Assembly: GCF_001194135.2 (NCBI RefSeq)
Contig: NC_068991.1
Coordinates: 80,053,929-80,097,573, forward strand
DNA: 43,645 nt
From: Octopus bimaculoides
Lineage: Eukaryota
Reading direction: 5' to 3'
Each line of letters opens with the position of its first letter. Position 1 is the stretch's first letter. Below the pieces are notes generated by a model. That model made no database searches, was not told the origin of the DNA, and saw only the letters and a program-made list of their open reading frames with translations. Shown in pieces: positions 25,455 to 37,224 of the stretch. The position numbers and the translations under genes were made by a program.

Positions 25455-25830
25455 CAGGTGTGGCTGTGTAGGTAAGAAGTTTGCTTTCCAGCCATGTAAT
25501 CTTGGGTCCATTTCCACTGCACAGCACCTTGGGCAAATGTCTTTTACGATAACCCCAGGCTGACCAGCTTATGACTGGACTTCGTAGACAGAAACTGAAA
25601 GAAAATCATCATATAATGTGTGTGTGTGCATGCGCACGCACTTCTGTTTCGTTTGTCCCTCGGTACCACTTAAAAACTGGTGTTCGTTTGTTTACATCTC
25701 CATAATTTAGCATTTCCGCAAAAGTGACCAATACAAAGTACGAAACTAAGAGCTAGAATCAATTTTTTTTACTAAATACTTCAAGGCGATGCTCCAGCAT
25801 GGCTGCAGTCTAAAAGCTTAAAAGACAAAA
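25455..25830 (+). mobile_element. SINE copy
   Basis: GTGTGGCTGTGTAGGTAAGAAGTTTGC..CACCTTGGGCAAATGTCTT..GCTCCAGCATGGCTGCAGTC. Confidence 0.75.
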
Positions 25831-26319
25831 AGTTAACAAAAGACTCTACTTACAATGATTACTTATAGGCAATCCTGATCGAGGAGACCTGTGAGCGAAG
25901 TCGTTCCATCCATGACCGTTTTCCTAAGTGCATGGTCGCTTATCTTACATGTCTTTTCTCTTAAGACAGTAAAGCTGTGATACCGGGATCTTTTTCGTAA
26001 TTTCCCCCACGAGATGGCTTTAATGTTGCACTTGTTTTTAAGTAGGAATCCTATACAGATACACATTAGAGCTGTAGTTGCATACACAAGAACTGTTCAC
26101 GTTCCAGTCGTTGCATATTTTGTCTGAGACCATAATTATGAATTCCTTACATTGTGACTATACTTCAACCCTATACAATGACTGGTATGTGTTGTTGATT
26201 TACAATCAACAAATTTCTGAAATTCTAGATTCCATTAAATCATGTTACATAGTGTGAAACCTGTCTACTCTCGACCTTTCCAAGTCCTGAAAGAATTATT
26301 CATCTCTTGACACTAGCTT

Positions 26320-26565
26320 CCCGTCCACGTGGCTCCAGGTTCAGTCCCACTGTGTGTCACTTTGAGCAACTGTCTTCTCTTGCCTCGGGCCTACCAGAGT
26401 CTTTTAAGTGGATTGGCTAGACAGAAACCATTGTATATATCTATGTGTGGATGCCTTTGTGTCTGTGTTTGTCCTCCACCACCACTTGACAACTGGTGTT
26501 GGTGTGTTTATGTCCCTGTAACTTAACGGTTCGGCAAAAGAGTTTGATAGAATAAGAACCAGGTT
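26320..26565 (+). mobile_element. SINE copy
   Basis: GGTTCAGTCCCACTG..GCCTCGGGCC..TAACTTAACGGTTCGGCAAAAG. Confidence 0.75.
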
Positions 26566-26891
26566 TTTATTTGAAGTAAAATTTGTATATTTACAAGCAA
26601 TATGACACCTCTAGAAGTTTTATCAACATAATGGCACCGGACTTCATTGAAAACCAATTTCTACAAAATTCCCTTTAAAAAATATGTAACTTTCAGAGTT
26701 ATGCCACTCGACTTGCTCTCTCCCCCCCTTCTCTCTCTCTCTCTCCACTTGATGTAAAGCGTGACTAGAGAATGCAACCAACCAACATTTCTATCGGCCT
26801 TTACATCGCAAATGATGAAGGCAAGCTGAAACTTAGAAGTCACTATCAACATTTTCTTTGTAGAATGTTAAATTGCTTTTATATATAACTT

Positions 26892-27156
26892 CACACACAC
26901 ACAGATATACTTTTCCTTAGTGACGTGGACAAGACTGGACACTCTGACGGCTGTTTTTACGGCCAGATACCCTTCCTGACATCTGCTCGTTGTCGCCTTT
27001 TCACGACACGCTTGGATATCGTGTGCGTATTCTAACAATCAAACTACATACGTGCGCGCGCAAACACAGTTACCCCTGGTGTACACGAGTCTGTTGAGAT
27101 TTTTAAAATATATTTTAATGACATGAAAACTTGTGATAACCAACTAAAATTCAAAC
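26892..27156 (+). repeat. Left copy of ~260-bp inverted repeat pair
   Basis: Reverse complement of 30430-30688; about 18 mismatches and one 9-nt indel by eye. Confidence 0.9.
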
Positions 27157-27427
27157 AGCATAATAAAGATAGCATGTATTCCATCCACACCAACCGGCCC
27201 GTATTGTAATTATGTGCACAACATTAATCAATGGTCATAATTTAACAAATAACAATACTTATGTAAACATGTAACAAGTGATTTATTGGGGATTGATAAC
27301 GAAATTTTATGATGGCAGAATTCCCCCCTGAATGCATCAATGACGTAATTCATTCATGATTTTACAACCAAAGTAAGACTCCTACTCACTTCAAGTCATT
27401 GTTAATATAAAATGCTTTCCGCATCAT

Positions 27428-28075
27428 TTAAGTAAACGGAGTTAGAAGTTTCTCGAGCGAAAGAAAACGTTTATCTAATTTGAGAAGCTTACCCCGCTGA
27501 TAACCGATGTCACCAAATTTCGAGGAATCGTTTTCTGGGTGACTTTGATGTCTGTTTTTGAACAACAGTGTCGATTTTAGATTCTGTTCTAAATTTGAAT
27601 TTGCAGTCCTCAATGGAGGCAACTCTGTCGTCCTTGGAGCCTTAAAATCTTGTAGAGAAGGGTTTCGAAAGTGTCCATTATTTGTCCTCGGGTCTGATTG
27701 AGCACTTATCAGTGCCATGTTAGCGTCACTACGTTTTCCAAAGTGATGCTGACGTAAGTCTTTTAAGTAACTTTGGTTAAAGAATGTCTTTCTGTGAAGA
27801 TCACATAGTCGGGCAACTTTCTCTTGTTCACTGTTAATGCTGTTTAATTTACGCCCCAAAAGAAACTGCTGAGTTACGTTATCATAGAGTAGAACACGGG
27901 AAAGCTTAGTTTTCAGAACGAATGCATTTGCCATGCAGTACCTTTTGTTGCCATAGTTGGGAGTGATTCTGGGCGGCCGATGCATATATTTCAATTTTGC
28001 AGGTATTTCATGAGGATTGATCTCATTTTTCTCTACGGCTATAGTGTTTTTCAGTTTCATCTTCGGATCGACCAT
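27428..28075 (-). CDS. Uncharacterised 215-aa basic protein (MVDPKMKLK...LLTPFT); single long exon, possibly the last exon of a longer gene
   Basis: 648-nt stop-free frame in AT-rich DNA with non-repetitive composition. Pyrimidine tract and CAGCAG tandem acceptor sit directly before the ATG. Minus-strand AATAAA at 27287-27282. No family recognised. Confidence 0.7.
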   Translation of the reverse strand: MVDPKMKLKNTIAVEKNEINPHEIPAKLKYMHRPPRITPNYGNKRYCMANAFVLKTKLSRVLLYDNVTQQFLLGRKLNSINSEQEKVARLCDLHRKTFFNQSYLKDLRQHHFGKRSDANMALISAQSDPRTNNGHFRNPSLQDFKAPRTTELPPLRTANSNLEQNLKSTLLFKNRHQSHPENDSSKFGDIGYQRGKLLKLDKRFLSLEKLLTPFT

Positions 28076-28631
28076 CTGCTGAAAATATAAAGAAAATGGA
28101 CATATAGAGCCTTGTGTGTGTGTTATAAAAGTAAGGAACACAAAGAGAAGACAATGTAGGAGGTAGAAGTTTTAAGAAATGTATTAGTTTAACACTTAAA
28201 CGAAAGAGAACGAGTCCAGACGTTTCGGCCGCAAGTCTTTCATCAGATAAAATATATTGGAGGAAAATGAATGAAAGAAAAAGGATGTAGTAAAAAAACG
28301 AACGAGAAATTAGGTGCCAGGTGGGATGCGTCTCTATGAGAGAAGGGTGCATATCGGAGTGCTCCTCGGTAACAATATATATATATATATATCCCTCCTT
28401 TCCCAGAAAGTACTTTCTCTTCCTCCTACTTCCAGTGACTTCAGAAATGTGGACTTGGCGATTTTTCTTGTTTCTAACGAAGAACTATACTCAAAACGTA
28501 AAACAACTCTCTTCTTTCTCCGAGTGTCATATTAATACATTGCTTGTGCTACGTTTTCACATTTGCTTGTTTTTGTTTTTCTTTTTTTTTCTGTTTTTTT
28601 TTTACATTGATTTTATATATATATATATATA

Positions 28632-28847
28632 TGGCCTCTACTTCACTGCTATACCCTTCTGTCCCTTCCTCCTTGTTCCACTTCCTCCCTCCACCATCCT
28701 CTCCATCTATTTATCTATCTGTCTTCCTCTATCTTCCTATCTACCCTTCTGTCCTGGCCTCTACTTCACTGCTTCTGTCCCTTCCTCCTTGGTCCACTTC
28801 CTCCTTGTTCCACTTCCTCCCTCCACCATCCTCTCTGCTCTCGTGTG
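28632..28847 (+). repeat. Pyrimidine-rich tandem duplication (period ~123 bp) running into a gap
   Basis: TGGCCTCTACTTCACTGC..CTTCTGTCCCTTCCTCCTTG..CCACCATCCTCTC at 28632 and 28755. Confidence 0.8.
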
Positions 28848-29949
28848 NNNNNNNNNNNNNNNNNNNNNNNNNNNNNNNNNNNNNNNNNNNNNNNNNNNNN
28901 NNNNNNNNNNNNNNNNNNNNNNNNNNNNNNNNNNNNNNNNNNNNNNNNNNNNNNNNNNNNNNNNNNNNNNNNNNNNNNNNNNNNNNNNNNNNNNNNNNNN
29001 NNNNNNNNNNNNNNNNNNNNNNNNNNNNNNNNNNNNNNNNNNNNNNNNNNNNNNNNNNNNNNNNNNNNNNNNNNNNNNNNNNNNNNNNNNNNNNNNNNNN
29101 NNNNNNNNNNNNNNNNNNNNNNNNNNNNNNNNNNNNNNNNNNNNNNNNNNNNNNNNNNNNNNNNNNNNNNNNNNNNNNNNNNNNNNNNNNNNNNNNNNNN
29201 NNNNNNNNNNNNNNNNNNNNNNNNNNNNNNNNNNNNNNNNNNNNNNNNNNNNNNNNNNNNNNNNNNNNNNNNNNNNNNNNNNNNNNNNNNNNNNNNNNNN
29301 NNNNNNNNNNNNNNNNNNNNNNNNNNNNNNNNNNNNNNNNNNNNNNNNNNNNNNNNNNNNNNNNNNNNNNNNNNNNNNNNNNNNNNNNNNNNNNNNNNNN
29401 NNNNNNNNNNNNNNNNNNNNNNNNNNNNNNNNNNNNNNNNNNNNNNNNNNNNNNNNNNNNNNNNNNNNNNNNNNNNNNNNNNNNNNNNNNNNNNNNNNNN
29501 NNNNNNNNNNNNNNNNNNNNNNNNNNNNNNNNNNNNNNNNNNNNNNNNNNNNNNNNNNNNNNNNNNNNNNNNNNNNNNNNNNNNNNNNNNNNNNNNNNNN
29601 NNNNNNNNNNNNNNNNNNNNNNNNNNNNNNNNNNNNNNNNNNNNNNNNNNNNNNNNNNNNNNNNNNNNNNNNNNNNNNNNNNNNNNNNNNNNNNNNNNNN
29701 NNNNNNNNNNNNNNNNNNNNNNNNNNNNNNNNNNNNNNAGTACGTTCTGTCTTGTCTTCGAAACGTCTAGATAGAATAGAGACAGCTGATGAAGGGATAT
29801 TCCAAGTGGCTTTCCGTTTTCCTATGTGTTCGTTCCGTTGTCTGTAGTTTATTGTTCTAACGTCCTGTACCCTGATATGCATGTATATACACATGTAGAT
29901 GTAAGTATGTACATATATGTGTGTATACATGTATATATATTCTTTGTAT

Positions 29950-29990
<41 letters not shown>

Positions 29991-30429
29991 CGTGAGATTA
30001 TGACTTCGATTCCCGGACCGGCAAACAACCGTGCCACGGAGAGTAACTTTTCTTGGTGCAATTCTATGGTCATTCGGGACCGAAGGGCGTCGTTTAACTG
30101 ATGCGTAATTTACTTTTCGCTTGTATTATATGTATAAATAGATGTAAATATCCTGTCTGAAAACATACAGTAGCCATTGACAGATAAGTAGACATCAGCC
30201 GAACAACTTTCGATCTTGTCCACGAAAACATTGGATACCTTGTTAGCTAAAATCTATGGTTATGTTCTGTGGTATAATATAGCACTCAATGAATACACCT
30301 TTAATACATCAGTAATTTGAGTACAGAATCAAATACCAAGAATGCGTTATATATGCAAATCGTCCGTCTGGTTTACGCTGTTGGCTCACTTTGGCTTTAT
30401 AAAAACTATCTCTGTGGACAGATAAAGAG

Positions 30430-30688
30430 GTTTGAATTTTAGTTGGTTTTCATGTCATTAAAATATATAAAAAAAGATCCCAACAAACTCGACTACACCA
30501 GGGGTAACTGTGTTTGCGCGCGCACGTATGCATTTCGATTGTTAGAACAGGCACACGATATCCAAGCGTGTCGTGAAAAGGCGACAACGATCATATGTCA
30601 GGAAGGGTATCTGGCCGTAAAAACAGGCGTCAGAGTGTCCAGTCCCGTCCACGTCACTAAGGAAAAGTATATCTGTGTGTGTGTGTGT
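30430..30688 (-). repeat. Right copy of ~260-bp inverted repeat pair
   Basis: Reverse complement of 26892-27156. Confidence 0.9.
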
Positions 30689-31029
30689 AAAAACAACAAA
30701 ATAATGGATTCATTAGGTTAAGTTTTATTTGTGAAATACAGTTGCTTTGAATTTGCTTCAGAAAGAGGTCTATGATTGTGATGGTTAGTTGGGACTGGGA
30801 CGCTAGGAATGTGGCCTGTGTCGAAGGGAGAGGCAGCCTGGAAAAGTTTGGGAAACCCTGTTATATAAGAATTTCCAATGGTTAAATAAATCTTATCATA
30901 CTATAATTCTCTCGTTATTTATAACTTTCATACACTGCTAATGGTTTTCTCTTCTCTCGTTCTATATATCCAACGTTTTGTAGAATGATACATTAAAGAG
31001 CTTTCTTTTTTATAAGCACCACTGGATTA

Positions 31030-31073
<44 letters not shown>

Positions 31074-32194
31074 CATATGTATTTATGTATGTGCGTATGT
31101 GAGAAGCTTTCTAAAGGTGTGCATGTACAAATAACACAAACACACATGCATGCATGCAAAGGCACCAATACATACACTCAAATATACTTATGAACATGAA
31201 TGCATATATACTTACGTATATGCATGCTTGAATACATACATAAATATACATCCACACATATGCATACATACAAATTCACCCATACATATACACACACAAA
31301 CATACCGTGTGTGCAATGATGTATGATGCCGATATTCTCCGGGAACCTGTTTGACATGTGTTCTACAAGAATCACTGCTGCGAACGGAAATGCATTCAGT
31401 GGGGTTCAGGAAGGGAACATAAAATATAAGGACCACGCAATAGTAATTGCTCAGTATTTTTCTAACATTAAGTTCTGTTATCAGATTTCCTGGTCGTTGT
31501 ATCAAGTCACTGCTTCCTTCCATGCGTGTACATGTATGTACACGCGCTCGCGTGTGTATGTGTATGGAGTTAGAGTTCAAGCTGTATCGTCGTGAAGCAC
31601 ANNNNNNNNNNNNNNNNNNNNNNNNNNNNNNNNNNNNNNNNNNNNNNNNNNNNNNNNNNNNNNNNNNNNNNNNNNNNNNNNNNNNNNNNNNNNNNNNNNN
31701 NNNNNNNNNNNNNNNNNNNNNNNNNNNNNNNNNNNNNNNNNNNNNNNNNNNNNNNNNNNNNNNNNNNNNNNNNNNNNNNNNNNNNNNNNNNNNNNNNNNN
31801 NNNNNNNNCGCGTGTGTATGTGTATGGAGTTAGAGTTCAAGCTGTATCGTCGTGAAGCACATTTGCACGTTCCAGTAATCTGGTTTTTTCTTAAATCAGG
31901 TTGCATATTTGTTGAAAGTTCTGGGAAACCATATTTGCAGAGTAAATAAATCTTAAAATAAATAACAGGAATTTTGGTATAGTTTTAATTCCATGTTACA
32001 CGTTTTCATTACAGTATAGGAAAAAAAAATAGGAATATCGTCTTTTAGTGTCAGATTTCTGCACAAGGCCAGTTAATTCGGGAGAGGGAGAGAGAGTAAA
32101 TCGGTTGCATCGACCCTACTACTCAACTGCGACCTATTTTACCGACTCCAAAAGAACGAAAGACAAAATCGACCTCAAAATATTAATAGATTTA

Positions 32195-33086
32195 CGTGGT
32201 CTAATCAATAAGTATCCTGACTGTTGCCATAGTAACGAAGCTAAAGCCCGCATGGTGAAGCTGTTTGCACAGATTGACCTTAAACTTTGCTGTGCATGCG
32301 CACTAACTTTTAACGTTCTATCTCAATTCTGCTGTTTACAGCAGGGCTTGGAAGGAACGTGTGTAGCGTGTGATCGTCGCATTGACCATGACAAAGAAAG
32401 TTGAGCAGAGAATCTGCATCAAATTTTGCCCAAATCTTGGCGATACCTGCTCAGGGGCCTACGCAAAGTTTTCAAAATGTTTTCATCGTTCTCGACGCAA
32501 TCAAGGAGATCTTGTGCAACTGAAACCCGAATGTTTTTGCTCAGCTGAAAGCAGTTTTTGCACAAACTTGGCAGACAGGCATCCCATGCCTAAATCTTCA
32601 ATGATAATAGATTGAACTGAGCCGTAACTAATCTGCACATCCACTGATAACTCACAGATGGTGATTCAACGATTTCCCCTCACAGCTGCACGCACATCTG
32701 CGATGTTTTTATCAGTACTACTGGTTGTGGGTCTTCCAGAACGTCCGGCAATATTGGCATTATTTCGGCCATCTTAGAAACGTCTGAACCACTCGTACAC
32801 TTGTGTGCGACACATACACTCTTCTCCATACACTTTCTGCAACTTTGCGTAGGCCTCTGTGTAGCTATCACCATGACAACCTTCTCTGTCATGGTCAATG
32901 CGACGATCACACGCTACACACCTCCCTTCCAAGCACCACTGTAAACAGCGGAAGTGAGCTAGAACGTTAAAACTTAGTGCATATGCAGAGCAGAGTTCTA
33001 GGTGAATCTGTGCCAAGCGGCTTTACTCTGCGTGCTTTAGCTCCGTTACTATGGCAACAGTCTAGATACTTGTTGATCAGACCTCG
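32195..33086. mobile_element. Mariner-derived foldback made of two inverted 5' ends
   Basis: Left arm 32195-~32470 encodes MTKKVEQRICIKFCPNLGDT. The right copy (33086 to ~32471, minus) encodes YAKLQKVYGEECMCRTQVYEWFRRF..RSGRPTTS..LGMGCLSAKFVQKLL (mariner HTH region). About 210 bp of near-matching inverted arms; TA at 32193-32194. Confidence 0.85.
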
Positions 33087-33101
33087 TTCGGTCTTCATAG
33101 A

Positions 33102-33238
33102 CAGGGGCGGACTGAGAGTATTAAGGGCCCTCAGGTTTAACTGTTTAGCGTTCCCTTTTGAATGTGTAGAGTTAACATGTAGAGTGCGGGTCACTCATAG
33201 CTCCGGGCCCGACTGACCGACTGATCAGTCCGCTCCTG
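33102..33238. mobile_element. 137-bp hAT-type MITE
   Basis: 13-bp TIRs CAGGGGCGGACTG / CAGTCCGCTCCTG (1 mismatch) and a perfect 8-bp TSD TTCATAGA at 33094-33101 and 33239-33246. Confidence 0.9.
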
Positions 33239-33775
33239 TTCATAGATTATTGCCGTCTCCTTGTCCTTCCTCGTTGTCAGTAACATATCTGACTTTCCGT
33301 TCATGGCCTCATAGGTGACTATTCAGCTCGGCTGTATATCTGCCCAGCTTGAAGCGTAGGTGACAAACAAAAGCTGTAGCTTACTGTGGGCTTCGAACAG
33401 GTTAGCTTTGCTCGTGTCTCCATTCTTCCATCGTAGTAGGACTTTCAGCAGAAGGAGTAACAAATGGAATCACCGTAAAAAGACGTGTGTATGCTATTGG
33501 ATTAACAGTGATAAACGCTTGTAGACCACGGGTACCACTTTTTGAGTCACCGTGATTAGTGCCTAATGACAGACCGAAAAGAGATGACCAGTAATCACAT
33601 GAAACCGAAGGTTTTACTGCACGCCCTAACACCAACCGAGGGTATATTTGCGTTCCCGTGCTCAAATGGATTATTATCACATATGCTAGATAATCCATAG
33701 CTGGGATCCTGACAGGTGTTACTACCTAGCGGCAAAAGCCTGAAACTCCCGAATCAGAGTCCCACGATCCGATGC

Positions 33776-33779
<4 letters not shown>

Positions 33780-33813
<34 letters not shown>

Positions 33814-33988
33814 TACACACACACACATACATACACACACGTCGGGCTTCTTTTAGTTTCCCTCTACCAATCCACCTATAACGCTTTGATTGGCCCCAGG
33901 CTACTGTAGAAGACATTTGCTAAAGGTGCCACGTAGTGGGACTGAACTCGGAACAATGTGATTCGGAAGCAAACTCCTTGCCACACAG
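33780..33988 (-). mobile_element. SINE copy (reverse), head runs into a gap
   Basis: Reverse complement of the family body, with a (CA)n tail at 33777-33840. Confidence 0.7.
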
Positions 33989-34092
33989 NNNNNNNNNNNN
34001 NNNNNNNNNNNNNNNNNNNNNNNNNNNNNNNNNNNNNNNNNNNNNNNNNNNNNNNNNNNNNNNNNNNNNNNNNNNNNNNNNNNNNNNNNNNN

Positions 34093-34133
<41 letters not shown>

Positions 34134-35177
34134 CTTGCACAAAGGCACGCACATACACGTACGTACACACTCAAGACAGAGACACGCAAACATTCATCCA
34201 TGCATCCATTCGTATACGCTCCAATAAGCAAATCGATCGAATGCATAATCAGCATTTGTTATCAACAAAATAAATCGATGTTGATGATTTATACAGCACA
34301 AACTTACACCTAGGACCAGGATATAGTTATGTGTTTGACAAATCAATAGCAATCAAGGTTGACTTGCAGACTTACGAAGAGCTTTAGAACATGTTGTGAC
34401 CATGAAATTATTTAATGAAAGAATCTAAATATTTTGTAACTATGTTGATGGTAACTTGAAGCTGGTCACTAAGGAAGTTTTATTGACCAACTTTGCAGGA
34501 AGTGAATGTGACATGTTGTCGACACGGTACTAGATCCCATATTTGCAAAGACGAGATGCAGTTGTTCATTCGCTCCTGAACATAATAAGTAGTTAGTTTC
34601 TGAACACTCTGGCGAAATGGAAATTGAGTAAGAATTTAAAACCTGAAGGTGCGGGTGTACATGTAAATAGCACAAAAGGCGGGTAGTTAGCCTCTGTCAA
34701 TTGACTACATCAAATGAGCTTGTAGGGTGGACGAGGTTGAAAAGGTTGAGAACAGGGGACTTTTTGGTTTCAATCATAAAAAGTCTGATAGCTTTAAGTA
34801 CCCATTTGAAGAAAACTCTAGAGATTTAACAAGTCAAAAGGTGTCTAGAATAAGTCAGAAAGAAACAGATTCGAATGCTTTCTTGTGATTCAATCAGACT
34901 TTAACCAAATAAGTCTTTGCGGTCGCATCTCTCACATCACAAGTTTGTTGATGAGAAGTCGCTCAGCAAATCCATTAACTAGATTGTGATTTGATTAATA
35001 TGATGCCTTCGAACGAATAGGGAACGATATTCAAAAGCTAGTCGGATCAATGGAAATCTTTTAACTCTTTGTTTCGGCGATCTATAACATATTTTTGTAT
35101 ATGGCAAGTTTTGGTTCTGTATAGTAGGTTCGATCTCCTATCGAATAACCCAAATGTTGGTAGGAGTATTGGTGCAT

Positions 35178-35224
<47 letters not shown>

Positions 35225-35563
35225 CATATANNNNNNNNNNNNNNNNNNNNNNNNNNNNNNNNNNNNNNNNNNNNNNNNNNNNNNNNNNNNNNNNNNNNNN
35301 NNNNNNNNNNNNNNNNNNNNNNNNNNNNNNNNNNNNNNNNNNNNNNNNNNNNNNNNNNNNNNNNNNNNNNNNNNNNNNNNNNNNNNNNNNNNNNNNNNNN
35401 NNNNNNNNNNNNNNNNNNNNNNNNNNNNNNNNNNNNNNNNNNNNNNNNNNNNNNNNNNNNNNNNNNNNNNNNNNNNNNNNNNNNNNNNNNNNNNNNNNNN
35501 NNNNNNNNNNNNNNNNNNNNNNNNNNNNNNNNNNNNNNNNNNNNNNNNNNNNNNNNNNNNNNT

Positions 35564-35597
<34 letters not shown>

Positions 35598-36486
35598 ATG
35601 TATGTATGTATGTATGTATGTATATATGTATGTACGTATGTATGTATGTATGTGTGTGTGTGTGTGTGTATTAAGATCCAATACAAGAAAAATGAAAACA
35701 TTCGATCTTTCTCTGGTTCAACTGTTTAATAACCAATTTAGTAGAGAAAAAATTTGCAATTCACATGGGTATATACTAAATTAATAAAAATAATCAGAAA
35801 ATGGAGATATATAATTGTCAATTCAAAAATTAAAATTTATTTACATAATATGTTATATTATATTCATATAATAATATAATAAATAATAAGTATTGAATAC
35901 AAATTACATGCAATTGTTTCGATTTTTACCAAATTTCGATGAAAGTTATCCATCAATGGCTGATTAATGGTATTGAATTCAGGAGGCTGGTGAATGGAAT
36001 CACTGGAGTTTATGCCTTTCCAGTGATATAATGAAGTAAGGATCAATGTGTTGAGTGCGCGCGCTTGTGTGTGTGCACGTGTATCTGAGTGTGTGTACAT
36101 AGGCATAATCATATTTTCATGTGCGTGATGTTGTACGTTGTATGTGTGTGCGAATGCACAAATGCAAATAAATGGGCATGTGCCCTCAGATGGGTGGAAG
36201 GGTGTGTGTGTGTGTGTGTGTGTGCGTGCGCGCGTTGATTGATTAATAGACTGTCCAACTTGGTAGTAAAGATTAAGTTAGTTTCAGTCATCATAGAAAT
36301 GGCAATGTGAATGATTGCACACGCACGCACACACACACACACACACACACGCACACACACACACACACGCACACACGCACGCACGCACGCACACGAGCAC
36401 ACGTATACTGTATGGTAATAAAATATTAACGCTTAAGTACGTTATATATAGAATCATTAACAAACACTTTCATATAAACTTACTCA

Positions 36487-36518
<32 letters not shown>

Positions 36519-36753
36519 TTGTGTGTGTGTGTTCGTTTGTGTGGCTGCTTCCATAGATCCAAATATTGACTTTGCCTGAAGCATGAACAAGCTCTTATTT
36601 TCCCACCTAAAGTATATAAATATGCTGGGAAGTTATGGTAGAAATATCAATAAAATCCATTAATTGTTTATAGCAGATGTATAGCTATGTATACAACATA
36701 TATACATAGACAAGCATACATATGTGTGTGTGTGCGCGTGAGTGTAAAGGTAA

Positions 36754-36786
<33 letters not shown>

Positions 36787-37176
36787 NNNNNNNNNNNNNN
36801 NNNNNNNNNNNNNNNNNNNNNNNNNNNNNNNNNNNNNNNNNNNNNNNNNNNNNNNNNNNNNNNNNNNNNNNNNNNNNNNNNNNNNNNNNNNNNNNNNNNN
36901 NNNNNNNNNNNNNNNNNNNNNNNNNNNNNNNNNNNNNNNNNNNNNNNNNNNNNNNNNNNNNNNNNNNNNNNNNNNNNNNNNNNNNNNNNNNNNNNNNNNN
37001 NNNNNNNNNNNNNNNNNNNNNNNNNNNNNNNNNNNNNNNNNNNNNNNNNNNNNNNNNNNNNNNNNNNNNNNNNNNNNNNNNNNNNNNNNNNNNNNNNNNN
37101 NNNNNNNNNNNNNNNNNNNNNNNNNNNNNNNNNNNNNNNNNNNNNNNNNNNNNNNNNNNNNNNNNNNNNNNNNNNN

Positions 37177-37224
<48 letters not shown>

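Noticed and set aside
34376-35100. Exons in the CpG-containing block at 34.4-35.1 kb
   Set aside because: Isolated splice-like words on both strands but stops in the candidate frames and no recognisable peptide.
36200-36400. (GT)n followed by (CA)n as a functional hairpin or Z-DNA switch
   Set aside because: Such pairs are expected at this microsatellite density.
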